Below are positions 37,345 through 50,943 of a stretch of DNA of 64,000 bases, piece by piece. The notes under the pieces are model-generated. The model ran no database searches. It worked only from the letters and a program-made list of their open reading frames with translations, and was not told the DNA's origin. Numbering within the stretch: position 1 is the stretch's first letter; the number at the start of each line of letters is the position of its first letter. The stretch is from Thermodesulfobacteriota bacterium. Its GTDB lineage: Bacteria > Desulfobacterota_D > UBA1144 > Nemesobacterales > UBA2774. The DNA lies in NCBI GenBank assembly GCA_963422265.1, contig OY729416.1, positions 864,001 to 928,000 on the forward strand. Direction: 5' to 3'. The position numbers and the translations under genes were made by a program.

Positions 37345-37443
37345 AAACACAAAATACAGACGCGCCACAGCATGGTCGCTAGTCCAATATCACCAATAAA
37401 TATATTTAGTACATGCCTAAGCGGTTAGAAGGTCCTGAGGGGT

Positions 37444-40083
37444 TTAGCATCCTCTATCTATAATCTCAATAGCCTTATCTAAAGCTTTATCTAAGTTATC
37501 AGGCTTGTTCCCACCAGCTTGCGCCATATCATTTCTGCCCCCACCTTTACCTCCAATAAGTGGGGCAATCTCCTTAATAATATCCGTAGAAGAATATTCT
37601 TTACTAAGGTCATTAGTTACTCCGACAAGTATGAAAGCCATACCATTATTCCTACTGCCCAGTACAGCAACGCCAGAACTTACCTTGTTCCGGACGTCAT
37701 CCCATATTTTCCTTAGCTCGCTGGGGTTAGCTCCAGGAATTTCGACGGATAGCACGCGAACGCCTTTAATATCCCTTAAACCATCCATTAAGTCTCCAGC
37801 GGAATCAGTTAGCACCTTCGCTTTATAGTTTTCGAGCTCTCTTCTGATCTTCTCATTCTCTTCAGTTAATCTCCTAAGCCTAGGAATAAGATCGGATTCG
37901 GGCACCTTCAAAATTGAAGAAGCCTCAATCAACCTATCCTCCTTACCTCTCATAAAATTCCAGGCCGCTTCTCCAGCAAGCGCATTGATACGCCTTACTC
38001 CAGCGGAAGAAGCGGTTTCGGACACGATCTTAAACACGCCAACCTGCCCCGACGTAGTAAGGTGAGTACCACCACAAAGCTCTATGCTATAATCCCCTAT
38101 ACTTACCACCCTTACTTTATCCCCATATTTCTCCTCAAAAAAAGCCATCGCCCCTCTTTTTATAGCGTCATCATAGGGAACGCCTTCTTCTATATTAACC
38201 CTATCATCCCACCTGATCCTTTGATTAACAATCTCTTCTATCATCCTTAGCTCCTTTCTATCAATAGAAGAATGGTGTGTAAAATCGAACCTAAAATGGT
38301 CGTGAGAAACAAGGGATCCCGCCTGCCCTACGTGGTTTCCAAGTATCTCTCTTAAAACCGCATGAAGAATATGAGTTACCGTATGATGCAAGTTTGTCCC
38401 ATATCGGAACTCTTTATCTACTTTAAGTTCTACCAGATCGCCTACCCATAAAGCCCCTTTCTTTATTACAGCCTTATGCGCTATGAGATCAGGCAAAGGC
38501 TTCGTCGTATCTAATATCCGAGCTATGCCGTCCTTAGCCTCTATTATCCCTCTATCACCTACCTGACCTCCCGATTCTCCGTAAAACGGCGTTCCATCAG
38601 TCAGTATTTCAACCTTGTCTCCTTCGTCGGCACTATCCACCAGGTCACCATCCCTGATTATTGCCGTGACTCTTCCCATGTCAATTATTTTATGATAACC
38701 AGTAAAGTTGACTTTAATCCCGCCTGAAGCAACATCTCTATAAAACGATTCTAACTGATTATCTCCAGACTCCTTCCATGCTTTTCTTGATTGTTCTCTC
38801 TGTTTTTCCATTTCTCTTCTAAAACCCAAGTGATCAACAGAAAACCCTCTTTCACTCGCAACCTCTTCCGTAATATCCACTGGAAATCCATACGTATCAT
38901 ATAATTTGAATAGGAGATTCCCAGACAAAACCTTGTCTCCCTTCCTTTTATCAATTTCCGCATTCAAAAGCTCAAAGCCCCTATCTATGGTCTCAAAAAA
39001 TCTCTCTTCCTCATTCTTAACAATTTCCTGAACAAACTTTATTCTATCGTTTAGCTCAGGATAAGCACCCTGCATAATTTCCCTTACGCTATCAGTAATT
39101 TTATATAGACAGGGATCCTCAATGCCGAGCATCTTTGCATGGCGGACTGCTCTTCTCAATATCCGTTTGAGGACGTATCCCCTACCCTCGTTTGAGGGAA
39201 ACACACCGTCGGATATTAAAAAAGTTACGGCGCGGGCGTGATCGGCAATGACCCTAATTGAAATATCGGATTTAAGGTCTTGTCCATAACCAATCTCCGC
39301 TATCTCTTCTACGTTTGAGATTATTCCGCGAATTAGGTCGGTCTCGTAGTTGCTCTTAACGCCCTGTAGAACTGCTGTAATTCTCTCGAGTCCCATCCCC
39401 GTATCAATGTTCGGTTCAGGTAACGGCTTTAGATTGCCAGACTCGTCTCTGTTAAACTGCATGAAAACAAGATTCCAGAGCTCAAGATAACGATCGCAGT
39501 CACAGCCCACTCTACAGGTCGTTGATTTACTACAGCTAAATTCCTTACCCTGATCAATTAGTATTTCGGAGCAAGGTCCGCAGGGACCCACGTCTCCCAT
39601 AGCCCAAAAATTATCTTTCTCCCCCATTCTAACTATTCTATCTGCCGGAATGCCCGCTTGCTTCCGCCAAATCTCAGCCGCTTCATCATCCTCTTCAAAT
39701 ACGGTCACCCATAGCTTTTCCTGAGGGAGCTTATATATTTCAGTAATAAGCTCCCATCCAAATCTTACAGCTTCTTCTTTAAAATAGTCGCCAAATGAGA
39801 AGTTTCCAAGCATTTCAAAAAAGGTGTGATGCCGAGCAGTAACGCCGACGTTTTCAAGATCGTTATGCTTCCCTCCAGCTCTCACGCACTTTTGCGAAGA
39901 TGCTGCCCTATTATAATCCGGCTTATCAATACCCAAGAATACGTCCTTAAACTGCACCATCCCCGCGTTTGTAAAAAGGAGAGTAGGGTCGTTGCGCGGA
40001 ATAAGGGATGAGCTGTCAACTAAGTTGTGCCCCTTATCCTGAAAATACTGAAGAAACAGGTTTCTTATCTCTGATCCAGTCAT
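37444..40083 (-). CDS. alaS: Alanine--tRNA ligase
   Basis: DPTLLFTNAGM, HHTFFEMLGNFSFGDYFK, ELCGGTH, GGKGGGR..MAQAGG. Confidence 0.97.
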   Translation of the reverse strand: MTGSEIRNLFLQYFQDKGHNLVDSSSLIPRNDPTLLFTNAGMVQFKDVFLGIDKPDYNRAASSQKCVRAGGKHNDLENVGVTARHHTFFEMLGNFSFGDYFKEEAVRFGWELITEIYKLPQEKLWVTVFEEDDEAAEIWRKQAGIPADRIVRMGEKDNFWAMGDVGPCGPCSEILIDQGKEFSCSKSTTCRVGCDCDRYLELWNLVFMQFNRDESGNLKPLPEPNIDTGMGLERITAVLQGVKSNYETDLIRGIISNVEEIAEIGYGQDLKSDISIRVIADHARAVTFLISDGVFPSNEGRGYVLKRILRRAVRHAKMLGIEDPCLYKITDSVREIMQGAYPELNDRIKFVQEIVKNEEERFFETIDRGFELLNAEIDKRKGDKVLSGNLLFKLYDTYGFPVDITEEVASERGFSVDHLGFRREMEKQREQSRKAWKESGDNQLESFYRDVASGGIKVNFTGYHKIIDMGRVTAIIRDGDLVDSADEGDKVEILTDGTPFYGESGGQVGDRGIIEAKDGIARILDTTKPLPDLIAHKAVIKKGALWVGDLVELKVDKEFRYGTNLHHTVTHILHAVLREILGNHVGQAGSLVSHDHFRFDFTHHSSIDRKELRMIEEIVNQRIRWDDRVNIEEGVPYDDAIKRGAMAFFEEKYGDKVRVVSIGDYSIELCGGTHLTTSGQVGVFKIVSETASSAGVRRINALAGEAAWNFMRGKEDRLIEASSILKVPESDLIPRLRRLTEENEKIRRELENYKAKVLTDSAGDLMDGLRDIKGVRVLSVEIPGANPSELRKIWDDVRNKVSSGVAVLGSRNNGMAFILVGVTNDLSKEYSSTDIIKEIAPLIGGKGGGRNDMAQAGGNKPDNLDKALDKAIEIIDRGC

Positions 40084-40324
40084 ATACTTGACCCTTAGCT
40101 ACAAGTCCATGTTGATTCTGATTTAGCTTCTCTTTTTCTCATGTGCCCGCAAACAAATTTCTTTATTATATCACAGGCTTGAATCTCTTGTATTTACTAT
40201 GAACCCTATTCCCAAACACCTGTCTAAGAAAGTGTTATAATACAAGCCGCCTTAGCGATATACAATAGTTTGTAAATGTAGAGCGATAACCTGGTACATT
40301 TATTTAATGGAGTTAAGCTAGACC

Positions 40325-42529
40325 ATGCCCAGCCTAGAAATCGCAAAGAAACACGGACTCACTGAAGAAGAGTTTGATCACATAGTAAAAATTCTGGGGA
40401 GAAAACCTAACGTTACGGAACTCGGCATAATAGCCGCTATGTGGTCCGAGCACTGCTCCTACAAAAGCTCCAAAGTGCATCTGAAAAGGCTTCCTACGAC
40501 TGGGGATAAAATAATACAAGGTCCTGGGGAAAACGCAGGTATAGTAGATATAGGCGACGGGCTTTGTGCAGTATTTAAGATGGAAAGCCATAATCATCCC
40601 TCTTTCATCGAGCCCTATCAAGGAGCGGCTACTGGAGTGGGCGGGATACTAAGAGACATATTTACAATGGGAGCAAGACCTATCGCTCTGTTAGACTCTC
40701 TTAGATTCGGGGAGCCTTCGCTGCCAAAAACTAAGTATATTGTAGATGGTATAGTAGCAGGCATCGCCGGATACGGGAACTGCGTCGGGATTCCAACGGT
40801 AGGGGGCGAAGTTTATTTCGATGATTGTTATAATGGAAATCCCCTGGTAAACGTTTTTGCGCTAGGCATTGCTGAGACGGACAAGATTTTCAGAGGATAC
40901 GCAAAAGGCGTAGGGAACTCCGTAGTTTATGTTGGATCTAAAACGGGAAGGGACGGAATACAAGGCGCCGTTATGGCGTCCGAGACGTTTACAAAAGAAT
41001 CAGAGGGAAAAAGACCAGCAGTTCAAGTCGGCGATCCGTTTGCGGAGAAGCTCTTACTGGAAGCCTGCCTTGAGCTTTTTAAGACAGGAGTCGTCGTGGG
41101 CGTTCAGGATATGGGAGCCGCGGGGCTGACTTCATCTTCGACCGAAATGGCGGAACGAGCCAATACGGGAATAAATATCAATATTGACAAAGTGCCCAGA
41201 AGGGAAGAGTCCATGAGCGCGTATGAGGTTATGTTGTCTGAATCGCAGGAAAGAATGCTGATGGTAATTGAGAAAGGAAAGGAAAATACAGCAGAGAAAA
41301 TATTCAAAAAATGGGGTGTTGATTTCAGCATTATTGGAGAAGTAACCGACGGACAAAGCCTTATGGTAACCGAAAATGGGAACATAGCCGCTGATATACC
41401 GATTAAACTCATATCGGATCAAGCACCTACTTATAAAAGACCTTATGGTAAACCACAATACCAAGACGAGGTGCAGAAACTTGACGCGTCCACGATAAGC
41501 ATTCCCAAAAAACTGAGCGACGCGCTACTTACGCTTTTGCGATCACCCACTTTGGCGAGTAAGCGCTGGATATATGAGCAGTATGATCAAATGGTTAGAA
41601 CTAATACGGTTAGCCTACTAGGCTCGGACGCATCCGTAATCAGGATGAAAAACACGAGAAAAGCAGTAGCCATTACGGTCAATTGCAACTCAAAATACTG
41701 CTATCTCGACCCCTATAACGGGACGGTGATAGCGGTCTCTGAAAGCGCGAGAAACCTTGCCTGCTCAGGAGCTACACCCATTGCGATTACCAACTGCTTA
41801 AACTTTGGCAATCCTGAGAAACCCCACGTAATGTGGCAGTTCAAACAGGCAATCGACGGTATGTCGAAGGCGTGCTTAAAGCTTAACACGCCCGTTGTAA
41901 GTGGGAACGTAAGTTTCTATAATGAAACAGAAGACAAAGCAATCTATCCAACCCCTACAATAGGAATGATAGGGTTAATAGATGACGTAAGCAAACTCAC
42001 AACCCAATGGTTCAAGGATGAAGGAGACCTCATAGTGCTTCTGGGGGAAACGAAAGAAGAATTAGGAGGAAGTGAGTACCTAGCACAGATTCACGGACAA
42101 ACGCGCGGTAAGCCACCAGAACTAGACTTAAATACTGAATCTAATTTGATTCAAGCTTTACTTGAAGTTTCAAATGAAGGTATAATAAACTCTGCTCACG
42201 ATATATCCGAAGGAGGACTTGGAGTAGCACTTGCTGAATCCTGCTTCGCTCCAAACGGGCCCGTAGGTATAAGAATCAATCTCTGTAGCGATATAAGAAA
42301 AGACTCTCTTTTGTTTTCAGAGTCCCAGTCAAGGGTAATAATCTCCTTAAAACAAAATAATTTGATAGAGTTTGAAGATATAATAGCTAAGTGGAGAGTG
42401 CCTATGGAAATAATTGGGAAGGTTGAAGGAACTAAGTTTCTTATTGAGAACTTAATAGATATTCCAATCAATGAAGCTTATAATGCATGGAATTCGGGAT
42501 TCGAGGATATATTGAGAAGCTATGCCTAA
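40325..42529 (+). CDS. purL: Phosphoribosylformylglycinamidine synthase subunit PurL (small type)
   Basis: [34 protein letters not shown]. Confidence 0.97.
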   Translation: MPSLEIAKKHGLTEEEFDHIVKILGRKPNVTELGIIAAMWSEHCSYKSSKVHLKRLPTTGDKIIQGPGENAGIVDIGDGLCAVFKMESHNHPSFIEPYQGAATGVGGILRDIFTMGARPIALLDSLRFGEPSLPKTKYIVDGIVAGIAGYGNCVGIPTVGGEVYFDDCYNGNPLVNVFALGIAETDKIFRGYAKGVGNSVVYVGSKTGRDGIQGAVMASETFTKESEGKRPAVQVGDPFAEKLLLEACLELFKTGVVVGVQDMGAAGLTSSSTEMAERANTGININIDKVPRREESMSAYEVMLSESQERMLMVIEKGKENTAEKIFKKWGVDFSIIGEVTDGQSLMVTENGNIAADIPIKLISDQAPTYKRPYGKPQYQDEVQKLDASTISIPKKLSDALLTLLRSPTLASKRWIYEQYDQMVRTNTVSLLGSDASVIRMKNTRKAVAITVNCNSKYCYLDPYNGTVIAVSESARNLACSGATPIAITNCLNFGNPEKPHVMWQFKQAIDGMSKACLKLNTPVVSGNVSFYNETEDKAIYPTPTIGMIGLIDDVSKLTTQWFKDEGDLIVLLGETKEELGGSEYLAQIHGQTRGKPPELDLNTESNLIQALLEVSNEGIINSAHDISEGGLGVALAESCFAPNGPVGIRINLCSDIRKDSLLFSESQSRVIISLKQNNLIEFEDIIAKWRVPMEIIGKVEGTKFLIENLIDIPINEAYNAWNSGFEDILRSYA

Positions 42530-43937
42530 ACTCAAAGAAGAGTGTGGAGTTTTCGGCATATATGGGAATTCTGAGGCGGCCAATCTAACATACTTAGGGC
42601 TCCACGCCCTGCAACATAGAGGACAGGAAAGCGCTGGAATAGTAACGTCGGACGGGATAAACCTACATTATCACCGTAACATGGGGCTCGTATCAGATAT
42701 ATTCACCGAAGAAGTCTTATCCAAACTTACGGGCAATAACGCCATAGGACACGTGCGCTACTCGACTACGGGATCAAGCCATATGAAAAATATGCAGCCC
42801 ATAGTAATAAACTATTTTCGCGGCGCGCTTTCCATTGGGCACAACGGCAACCTGACAAACGCGAGAACCCTTAGGAAAGAGCTTGAAGAGAGCGGAGCAA
42901 TTTTCCAATCGACAACGGATACGGAAGTAATTGTTCATCTGATAGCTAAGTCCAAAGAGGAAGGACTGGCAAAGAAAATTGTCGAAGCCCTAAACAAGTG
43001 TAAGGGAGCCTATTCTCTGCTTTTCCTTACACCAGAGACGATGGTAGCGGCAAGAGATCCTTACGGCTTTAGACCCTTGGTTATGGGAAAGCTTGGAGAC
43101 TCGCCCGTTATCGCCTCAGAGAGCTGCGCCTTTGATTTAATAGAAGCAAAATTTGAAAGAGAAATAGAACCCGGGGAAATTGTGGTAATTGATCAAAACG
43201 GCGTTGAATTTCTTAAACCTTTTCCTGAGACAAAACACGCCTACTGTGTGTTCGAACACATTTACTTTGCAAGACCAGATAGCTTTATGACGGGGAGAAA
43301 CGTCTATCAGGTAAGAAAAGCGCTTGGCAAACAACTTTCAATAGAACACCCTGCGAAAGCGGATATTGTCGTCGCGGTGCCGGACTCAGGTGTGCCTTCA
43401 GCTATTGGTTACGCGGAAGAGTCAGGACTTCCACTCGAGCTGGGATTACTCAGGAGCCACTATATGGGAAGAACGTTTATCCAGCCACAGCAATCAATTA
43501 GAAACTTGGGCGTTAAGCTAAAGCTAAATGCTATAGGCGAGGTGCTGGAGGGAAAAAGAGTCGTTATAGTAGATGACTCAATTGTTAGAGGAACGACAAG
43601 CAGGAAGATCGTGAAAATGATACGCGCTGCAGGAGCAAAGGAAGTGCACGTGAGAATAAGCTCGCCACCGACAAAATTTTCATGCTATTATGGGATAGAT
43701 ACTCCTCTGAACGAAGAGCTCATAGCAAACTCATTAGAAATAGAAGAGATTAAAAAATACATAACGTCCGATTCCTTAGGCTACCTAAGCATGAAAGGCG
43801 TTATGAAAGCAGTAAATGAGAAGAGAATTCTCAGGGGCAAAGAAAATTTCTGTAACGCATGCTTCACAGGTGAATATCCTGCTGAGATTACTGATAGAGA
43901 AACTAACCAGAATGAGCAACCCGGCCTTTTCGAGTAG
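42522..43937 (+). CDS. purF: Amidophosphoribosyltransferase
   Basis: [25 protein letters not shown]. Confidence 0.97.
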   Translation: MPKLKEECGVFGIYGNSEAANLTYLGLHALQHRGQESAGIVTSDGINLHYHRNMGLVSDIFTEEVLSKLTGNNAIGHVRYSTTGSSHMKNMQPIVINYFRGALSIGHNGNLTNARTLRKELEESGAIFQSTTDTEVIVHLIAKSKEEGLAKKIVEALNKCKGAYSLLFLTPETMVAARDPYGFRPLVMGKLGDSPVIASESCAFDLIEAKFEREIEPGEIVVIDQNGVEFLKPFPETKHAYCVFEHIYFARPDSFMTGRNVYQVRKALGKQLSIEHPAKADIVVAVPDSGVPSAIGYAEESGLPLELGLLRSHYMGRTFIQPQQSIRNLGVKLKLNAIGEVLEGKRVVIVDDSIVRGTTSRKIVKMIRAAGAKEVHVRISSPPTKFSCYYGIDTPLNEELIANSLEIEEIKKYITSDSLGYLSMKGVMKAVNEKRILRGKENFCNACFTGEYPAEITDRETNQNEQPGLFE

Positions 43938-44003
43938 CTAGGTTGACCTGATAGAACGCATTATACTTCAACGCAAGATCGCAGATGCTAGAATGCTAGC
44001 TTA

Positions 44004-46715
44004 CTAATTTAGTTCTTGCAATTTCTCAAACACCTCTAGCATCTTCCGCTTCTGGAATGATAATTGTTCATGCTTACCTTTCTCCTTCTTCACCACTCCT
44101 TCAGGTGCTTGGCTTAGGAAGCCAGCGCTGGCGAGCTTCCTTTCAGCGCGTTCTAATTCCTTTGTTATCTTGCCGATTTCTCTCCTAATCCTCTCAGACT
44201 CTTTCTCAATATCAATCAGACCTTCTATAGGCAAAAAGATTTCAACTCCCGGATTGACCTGCGCAATAGCCCTTGTGGGCTTTTCTCCGCTATTGGCTAT
44301 ATCAAATTTTGACAACGTGGCTAGGTTAAGAATAAGTTCCCTGTTAGATTCAATATATTCTCTAATAACGTCATTTTCAGGAAGTAAAACGACTCTCACT
44401 TGCTCAGAAGGATGCACCCTGATTGTAGCTCTTAGATTTCGGATACCGACTACTACACCTTTAACAAACTCTATTTCTCTGTAACCATGCTCAAATATAT
44501 GGTCTCTATTAAATTCTGGAAAAGAGCTTTTAACAATGCTCTCCGAATCACTCCCTTCTACGCTATTTAGCGTCACACCAAATTCACGAAGCCGCTGATA
44601 TAATTCTTCTGTAATAAAAGGAGCTATAGGGTGAAGTAGTTGGAGAGACGTTGTCAGAACTTTTATCAGAACATCCCTGGTCTTCTGCTTTACACGTTCG
44701 TCACCACTATAAAGCTCGGGCTTGACCGCCTCAATGTACCAATTACAGTAATCCACCCATATAAACTGATAAATGGCGCTAGCCGCTTTATCAAATTGAT
44801 AGTAGTCAAGTGAATCCTGAACCTCCTTTATAGTGTAATTGAGCTTGGTAATTATCCATTTGTCATAGTTAGACAAGTCTTCTTCTGCAAAAGGTAGAGA
44901 AAAATCGTAACCTTCTAGGTTCATAACCAGGAAGCGGGAAGCGTTCCATATTTTATTTATAAAATTCCTGTAACCCTGAATAGTAGACATAGAGAGTTTT
45001 ATATCTCTTCCCTGAGTAGCAAGCGCACACAGGCTAAATCTAAGAGCATCAGCACCGTTCTCTTCTATAACGCTGAGTGGATCAATGACGTTTCCCGTGG
45101 TTTTACTCATCTTTTTGCCTTTTTCATCCCTTATTAGTCCGTGAATATAAACGTCCTTAAACGGCACGTCCCCCATGAACTTAATACCCTGCATAATCAT
45201 ACGTGCAACCCAGAAGAAGATGATGTCAAAACCGGTTACTAAAACGCTAGTCGGATAGTATTTTTTGAGTTCAGGCGTCAGTTTGGGCCATCCAAGTGTT
45301 GAGAAAGGCCACAAAGCTGAAGAAAACCACGTGTCAAGCACGTCTAGATCCCTGATTAGCTCCACCTCATTGCCGTAATGATCTTTAGCCGTCTCAAGCG
45401 CTTCTTCCTCAGATTTTGCAACGAATACTTGACCGTCAGGACCATACCAGGCGGGAATCTGATGTCCCCACCAGAGCTGACGGGATATACACCAGGGCTC
45501 AACATTGCGAAGCCACTCAAAATACGTGTTTTCCCAATATCTAGGGACAAAACTTATATCTCCATCTTCAACGGCACTAATCGCCCGCGCGGCAAGCTTT
45601 TTAGCATCCACATACCACTGATCGGTAAGCCATGGCTCAATCACGACGTCAGATCTATCACCATAAGGCAGGGTGTGCGAAGTTTTTTCGACCTTAGCTA
45701 ATAATCCTAGAGACTGCATATCATCTACGATCCGCTTCCTAGCCTGAAACCTATCCATACCCCTGTAAGCAGTGGGAACATCTTCATTCATACGAGCTGT
45801 TTCATCAAATATATTTATCATAGAGAGATTATGCCTCTTGCCTACTTCAAAATCATTAAAATCATGGGCAGGCGTGATTTTCACGGCACCCGAACCTTTC
45901 TCAGGATCGCTATACTCATCCGCTATAATAGGTATTACTCGCCCTACAAGCGGAAGCACTACACTTTTTCCTATAAGGCGCTTGTAACGCTCATCTTCAG
46001 GATGAACAGCAACGGCCGTATCTCCTAACATCGTCTCCGGTCTGGTGGTCGCAACAGTTATAAATTCACTATCCCCATCCTTAATAGGATACATAAGATG
46101 CCAAAGGGATCCTTCTACGTCTTTTTGCTCTACTTCCAGATCCGAAATTGCAGTGCGCAGCTTAGGATCCCAATTCACCAGCTTTTTATCCTTATAAATA
46201 AGCCCCTGATCATAGAGATATACAAAGACTTTCCTCACGGCACGTGAAAGATTTTCATCAAGCGTAAAACGCTCCTTATCCCAATCTGGCAAAGCGCCAA
46301 GTCTTTTAAGCTGTTCTACTATAACGCCACCCGAGTCTTCTTTCCACTTCCAAACACGGTCTAAGAAAGCCTCCTTACCAATGTCAATTCTCGATAATCC
46401 CTCTTTTTCAAGCTCGCGCTCAACTACCATCTGAGTCGCAATACCCGCATGATCCATACCGGGCACCCAAAGAGCGTCAAAACCTTTCATACGCTTATAG
46501 CGAATGAGGATATCCTGTATGGTGTAGTCCAAAGCATGTCCGATATGAAGGGACCCAGTCACATTTGGAGGTGGAATCACTATAGTAAAAGGAACTTTAT
46601 CGGACTGAGTCGAAGCTCTATAGTAACCCTTATCAAGCCACTCGGCATACAATCTCTCCTCAACCTTTTTTGGATCGTAAGCCTTGTCCATTCTGGACTT
46701 ACTATTTTGAGACAT
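44004..46715 (-). CDS. valS: Valine--tRNA ligase
   Basis: PPPNVTGSLHIGH, WCISRQLWWGH, KMSK. ATG 46715 preferred over TTG 46745. Confidence 0.97.
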   Translation of the reverse strand: MSQNSKSRMDKAYDPKKVEERLYAEWLDKGYYRASTQSDKVPFTIVIPPPNVTGSLHIGHALDYTIQDILIRYKRMKGFDALWVPGMDHAGIATQMVVERELEKEGLSRIDIGKEAFLDRVWKWKEDSGGVIVEQLKRLGALPDWDKERFTLDENLSRAVRKVFVYLYDQGLIYKDKKLVNWDPKLRTAISDLEVEQKDVEGSLWHLMYPIKDGDSEFITVATTRPETMLGDTAVAVHPEDERYKRLIGKSVVLPLVGRVIPIIADEYSDPEKGSGAVKITPAHDFNDFEVGKRHNLSMINIFDETARMNEDVPTAYRGMDRFQARKRIVDDMQSLGLLAKVEKTSHTLPYGDRSDVVIEPWLTDQWYVDAKKLAARAISAVEDGDISFVPRYWENTYFEWLRNVEPWCISRQLWWGHQIPAWYGPDGQVFVAKSEEEALETAKDHYGNEVELIRDLDVLDTWFSSALWPFSTLGWPKLTPELKKYYPTSVLVTGFDIIFFWVARMIMQGIKFMGDVPFKDVYIHGLIRDEKGKKMSKTTGNVIDPLSVIEENGADALRFSLCALATQGRDIKLSMSTIQGYRNFINKIWNASRFLVMNLEGYDFSLPFAEEDLSNYDKWIITKLNYTIKEVQDSLDYYQFDKAASAIYQFIWVDYCNWYIEAVKPELYSGDERVKQKTRDVLIKVLTTSLQLLHPIAPFITEELYQRLREFGVTLNSVEGSDSESIVKSSFPEFNRDHIFEHGYREIEFVKGVVVGIRNLRATIRVHPSEQVRVVLLPENDVIREYIESNRELILNLATLSKFDIANSGEKPTRAIAQVNPGVEIFLPIEGLIDIEKESERIRREIGKITKELERAERKLASAGFLSQAPEGVVKKEKGKHEQLSFQKRKMLEVFEKLQELN

Positions 46716-46819
46716 CGTTATAAGCCTTATAAAATACTGAGACAAGATTTGGGGACTAGGGAGTCGTTTTTAGACATGTCCCCGAAATCCATAGAGAAAA
46801 CTTCCCTAAACCCAACTTT

Positions 46820-49800
46820 TTATGCCGATTGTTCCTCTACGGAGGTAACAGTTGGAACCGGCACCTCAAGAACTGGCACCTCAACATCTATATTTCTATA
46901 AATCGGAAGCCCGGTTCCAGCAGGTATGAGCCTACCTATAATAACGTTTTCTTTAAGTCCCCTTAGATGATCTTTCTTACCCTCACATGCAGCTTCGGTT
47001 AGAATCTTTGTCGTTTCTTGGAAAGACGCCGCAGAGAGCCAACTTTCGGTACTTAGCGACGCCCTTGTAATGCCAACGAGGCGGGGCTCCGCAGATGCAG
47101 GTTTTCCACCTTGTTGAACAACCCTTTCATTCTCTTCAAAGAAATCACGTTTTTCCACAACTTCGGCAGCAAGTAGGGTAGTATCGCCCGGATCCTTTAC
47201 CTCTACCCTTTTAAGCATTTGCCTGACAATAACTTCTATGTGCTTATCATTCATTTTAACTCCCTGCAGCCTGTAAATCTCTTGAACCTCATCGACAAGG
47301 TAACGTATAAGGGCGCGCTCTCCACGTATCTTCAGAATATCGTGCGGATCTACAGAACCATCAACAAGCTGATCACCTGAATTGACCCATTCGCCATCTC
47401 TGACGAGTATGTGCCTACCCCTGGGAATTGAATATTTTTTTTCTTCGCCAATATCAGGAACAACGCTAACTCTCCTCTTTCCTTTGAGATCACCTCCATA
47501 CTTAACTATACCGTCAATCTCTGACACAACCGCTGGGTCCTTTGGCCTCCTGGCTTCAAAAAGCTCTGCCACCCTTGGAAGCCCCCCGGTGATATCCTTG
47601 GTCTTAGCTGTCGCTCTAGCAATTTTGGCGATAATATCACCGGCATTAACGGCATCGCCTTCATTCCTCTCTATTACAGCGCCTATCGGCAGTGAATAAA
47701 GTATGTTTCCCCCATCGCTCGTTCTAATAACAATTCTCGGATGTAGGTTCAAATCCGTAGATTCAATAACAACCTTTTTATAAATACCGGTAACCTCATC
47801 AACCTGCTCTTTCAGAGTTACGCCCTGCTCTAAATGTATAAACCCTATGGTGCCCTCAAACTCTGAAATGACAGGCGTCGTATAAGGATCCCATTCCGCA
47901 ATGATCTGCCCTTCTTTCACCTTTTCCCCATCTTTAACCCTCAACCTTGCTCCTAGCACTAGCGGACTCTTCTCCATTTCATAACCTTTTTCATCCACTA
48001 TTGCCAAAGCCCCTGCACGGTTAACTACAACTAGGTTCCCATCCTTGCCTCTCACCGTTCTTACGTTATTGAGCTTAATTACACCCTCGTGGGCACCCTT
48101 AAGCGTGCTCTCCGCAGCCCTCTGACTAGCAGCTCCACCTATATGGAAGGTTCTCATAGTAAGCTGCGTGCCTGGCTCGCCAATTGATTGGGCAGCGATA
48201 ATACCTACTGCTTCTCCAATGTTAACGAGCTTACCCGTAGCGAGATTCCTTCCATAGCACAAGGTGCACACGCCTACTTGCGCTTCACAAGTTAGAACGG
48301 ATCTGATCTTAATCTCAGCAATGCTACCAGCTTCGTCAATTGCAGAGCAGAACCTTTCATCTATTTCTTGGTTGGCACGAACTATGCACTCGCCACTAGC
48401 TGGATCAAGAACATCTTCTGACGCTACCCTTCCTAACACCCTTTCCGCCACTCTTGCTATTACGTCTCCACCGCTGTCCACTAAGCCACTAACCAAAATA
48501 CTTTCAACGGTGCCACAGTCGTATTCTTTTATCATAACATCTTGGGCAACGTCTATAAGCCTTCTTGTTAGATAACCCGCGTTCGCCGTTTTAAGCGCAG
48601 TGTCTGCCAGTCCTTTTCTCGCCCCATGGGTGGAAATAAAGTATTGAAGCACCGTCAATCCTTCACGAAAATTAGAGGTAATAGGGGTTTCTATAATCTC
48701 TCCCGATGGTTTAGCCATAAGCCCCCTCATCCCGGCGAGCTGACGAACCTGGTCCTTACTTCCCCTTGCCCCTGAATCAATCATCATATATATAGGGTTA
48801 GAACTGGCTCCCCTTTTAGTTTCTCCTTTGTCGTTCTTTGCTTCCTCAAAAGATATATCGCGCATCATTTCTTCAGCAACTTCAACGTTTGTCCTGGACC
48901 AAATATCTATAACCTTGTTATACCTCTCGCCATCTGTAATAAGTCCCTGTAGATACTGATTCTGTACCTTAACAACCTCATCACTCGCCCTTTGGAGAAG
49001 GTCCTTTTTCTTTTCAGGAATGCTCATATCGTTAATGGATATTGAGATGCCGGCTATTGTCGAGTACTTGAAACCCAAAGTTCTCATATTATCGGCAAGA
49101 AGAACCGTACTCTTGCCTCCAGCCATTCTAAAGCAGTTGTCAACAAGCTCTTCTATAGCCCTCTTTGTCATTGATCTGTTTACAAGCTCAAATGGTATAA
49201 CTTTAGGCATTATTTCGTAAAGTAGTACTCGCCCAGCCGTAGTATCATAAAGCTTGTCCTTTATGCAAACGCGAATCTTCGCATGTAACCCGATGTCACC
49301 TGAATCATAAGCCATCTGCACTTCCTCAATAGAGGAAAAGATTTTCCCGTCCCCCTTATCAACTGCCATGTCTCTGGTCATATAATAAATGCCAAGAACA
49401 ATATCCTGCGTAGGCAGTATTATAGGCTTTCCATGAGCTGGAGATAGTATATTATTAGTGGACATAACTAGAGCCCTACACTCGGTTTGAGCTTCTACTG
49501 ACAGAGGCACGTGGACGGCCATTTGATCGCCGTCAAAGTCGGCGTTGTAAGCGGGACATACCAAAGGGTGTATCTGAATAGCTTTGTCCTCAATAAGTAT
49601 AGGCTCAAAAGCCTGGATGCTAAGACGATGAAGCGTAGGAGCGCGGTTTAAGAGCACTGGATGCTCTTTAATCACTTCATCAAGCGCATCCCACACGACA
49701 GGATCCTCTTGTTCCACCAGTTTCTTTGCTATTTTTATAGTCGCGGCAGAACCCCACTGTTCAAGTTTCTGATATATAAACGGTCTGAACAACTCAAGTC

Positions 49801-50914
49801 CCATCTGTTTTGGAATACCACACTGGTGAAGTTTGAGATCAGGTCCGACCGTAATGACCGAGCGACCCGAGTAATCAACTCTTTTCCCCAGCAAGTTGTG
49901 CCTGAAACGTCCCTGTTTCCCTTTTATTATATCGCTAAGACTTTTAAGAGGTCTGCGGTTGTGCCCGAGCACGGGTCTTCCCCGTCGTCCATTCTCCAAA
50001 AGGGCATCTACTGATTCCTGAAGCATACGTTTTTCATTTCTTATAATAATATCAGGCGCCCCTAGCTCCAGCAGTTTTTTCAGCCGATTGTTCCTGTTAA
50101 TTACACGCCTATATAAATCATTTAGATCTGAAGTGGCGAACCTACCACCTTCGAGAGGCACAAGTGGTCTAAGATCCGGTGGAAGTACCGGAATATTGGT
50201 TAAAATCATCCATTCTGGACGATTCTTAGACCTCTTGAATGCTTCGCAAATTCTAAGCCGCTTTGCTATTCTAGCCCTTTTAATAGGGGAGGTAGTATTC
50301 TTCATTTCATGTCTTAACTGCTCAGAAAGCTCAGCAAGGTCTATCTTTTTAAGCATTTCCCTTATCGTCTCTGCACCCATTCCAACTTTGAAATCATGTC
50401 CATACTCTTCAATTGCCTTCCTATATTTATCTTCGCCTAATACTTCGGCAAACTCCAATGGAGAACTACCAGGATCAACAACTACGTATGATTCATAGTA
50501 AAGCACTTTTTCGAGATCCTTTAGCGTCATATCCAACAGCATTCCAATTCGGGATGGAATACTCCTCAGAAACCATATATGGGCTACAGGTGATGAAAGC
50601 TCAATATGCGCCATTCTATCTCTTCTAACCTTAGACGATATGACCTCCACTCCACATTTCTCACACGTTATTCCTCTATGCTTAAGTCTCTTATACTTTC
50701 CGCAGGTACACTCGTAGTCCTTTACCGGTCCGAATATTTTAGCACAGAACAAACCGCCCCTTTCAGGCTTAAATGTTCTATAATTGATAGTTTCAGGTTT
50801 TTTCACTTCTCCACTTGACCATTCTTTGATCTTTTCCGGAAAAGCAATTGAGATTTTTACGGCTGAGTAATCAGAAGGGTTTTTGGGTTTTTCAAAAAGG
50901 CTGTTTGCGTCCAC
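46820..50914 (-). CDS. rpoC: RNA polymerase beta' subunit
   Basis: [12 protein letters not shown], Zn-finger, full length. Confidence 0.99.
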   Translation of the reverse strand: MDANSLFEKPKNPSDYSAVKISIAFPEKIKEWSSGEVKKPETINYRTFKPERGGLFCAKIFGPVKDYECTCGKYKRLKHRGITCEKCGVEVISSKVRRDRMAHIELSSPVAHIWFLRSIPSRIGMLLDMTLKDLEKVLYYESYVVVDPGSSPLEFAEVLGEDKYRKAIEEYGHDFKVGMGAETIREMLKKIDLAELSEQLRHEMKNTTSPIKRARIAKRLRICEAFKRSKNRPEWMILTNIPVLPPDLRPLVPLEGGRFATSDLNDLYRRVINRNNRLKKLLELGAPDIIIRNEKRMLQESVDALLENGRRGRPVLGHNRRPLKSLSDIIKGKQGRFRHNLLGKRVDYSGRSVITVGPDLKLHQCGIPKQMGLELFRPFIYQKLEQWGSAATIKIAKKLVEQEDPVVWDALDEVIKEHPVLLNRAPTLHRLSIQAFEPILIEDKAIQIHPLVCPAYNADFDGDQMAVHVPLSVEAQTECRALVMSTNNILSPAHGKPIILPTQDIVLGIYYMTRDMAVDKGDGKIFSSIEEVQMAYDSGDIGLHAKIRVCIKDKLYDTTAGRVLLYEIMPKVIPFELVNRSMTKRAIEELVDNCFRMAGGKSTVLLADNMRTLGFKYSTIAGISISINDMSIPEKKKDLLQRASDEVVKVQNQYLQGLITDGERYNKVIDIWSRTNVEVAEEMMRDISFEEAKNDKGETKRGASSNPIYMMIDSGARGSKDQVRQLAGMRGLMAKPSGEIIETPITSNFREGLTVLQYFISTHGARKGLADTALKTANAGYLTRRLIDVAQDVMIKEYDCGTVESILVSGLVDSGGDVIARVAERVLGRVASEDVLDPASGECIVRANQEIDERFCSAIDEAGSIAEIKIRSVLTCEAQVGVCTLCYGRNLATGKLVNIGEAVGIIAAQSIGEPGTQLTMRTFHIGGAASQRAAESTLKGAHEGVIKLNNVRTVRGKDGNLVVVNRAGALAIVDEKGYEMEKSPLVLGARLRVKDGEKVKEGQIIAEWDPYTTPVISEFEGTIGFIHLEQGVTLKEQVDEVTGIYKKVVIESTDLNLHPRIVIRTSDGGNILYSLPIGAVIERNEGDAVNAGDIIAKIARATAKTKDITGGLPRVAELFEARRPKDPAVVSEIDGIVKYGGDLKGKRRVSVVPDIGEEKKYSIPRGRHILVRDGEWVNSGDQLVDGSVDPHDILKIRGERALIRYLVDEVQEIYRLQGVKMNDKHIEVIVRQMLKRVEVKDPGDTTLLAAEVVEKRDFFEENERVVQQGGKPASAEPRLVGITRASLSTESWLSAASFQETTKILTEAACEGKKDHLRGLKENVIIGRLIPAGTGLPIYRNIDVEVPVLEVPVPTVTSVEEQSA

Positions 50915-50943
50915 TCTTTATCTCCCTTATGCATATTAATTTA

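Noticed and set aside
46716-46819. Long imperfect hairpin between rpoC and valS as a T-box
   Set aside because: Too short and no T-box consensus seen. More likely a terminator or stability hairpin.
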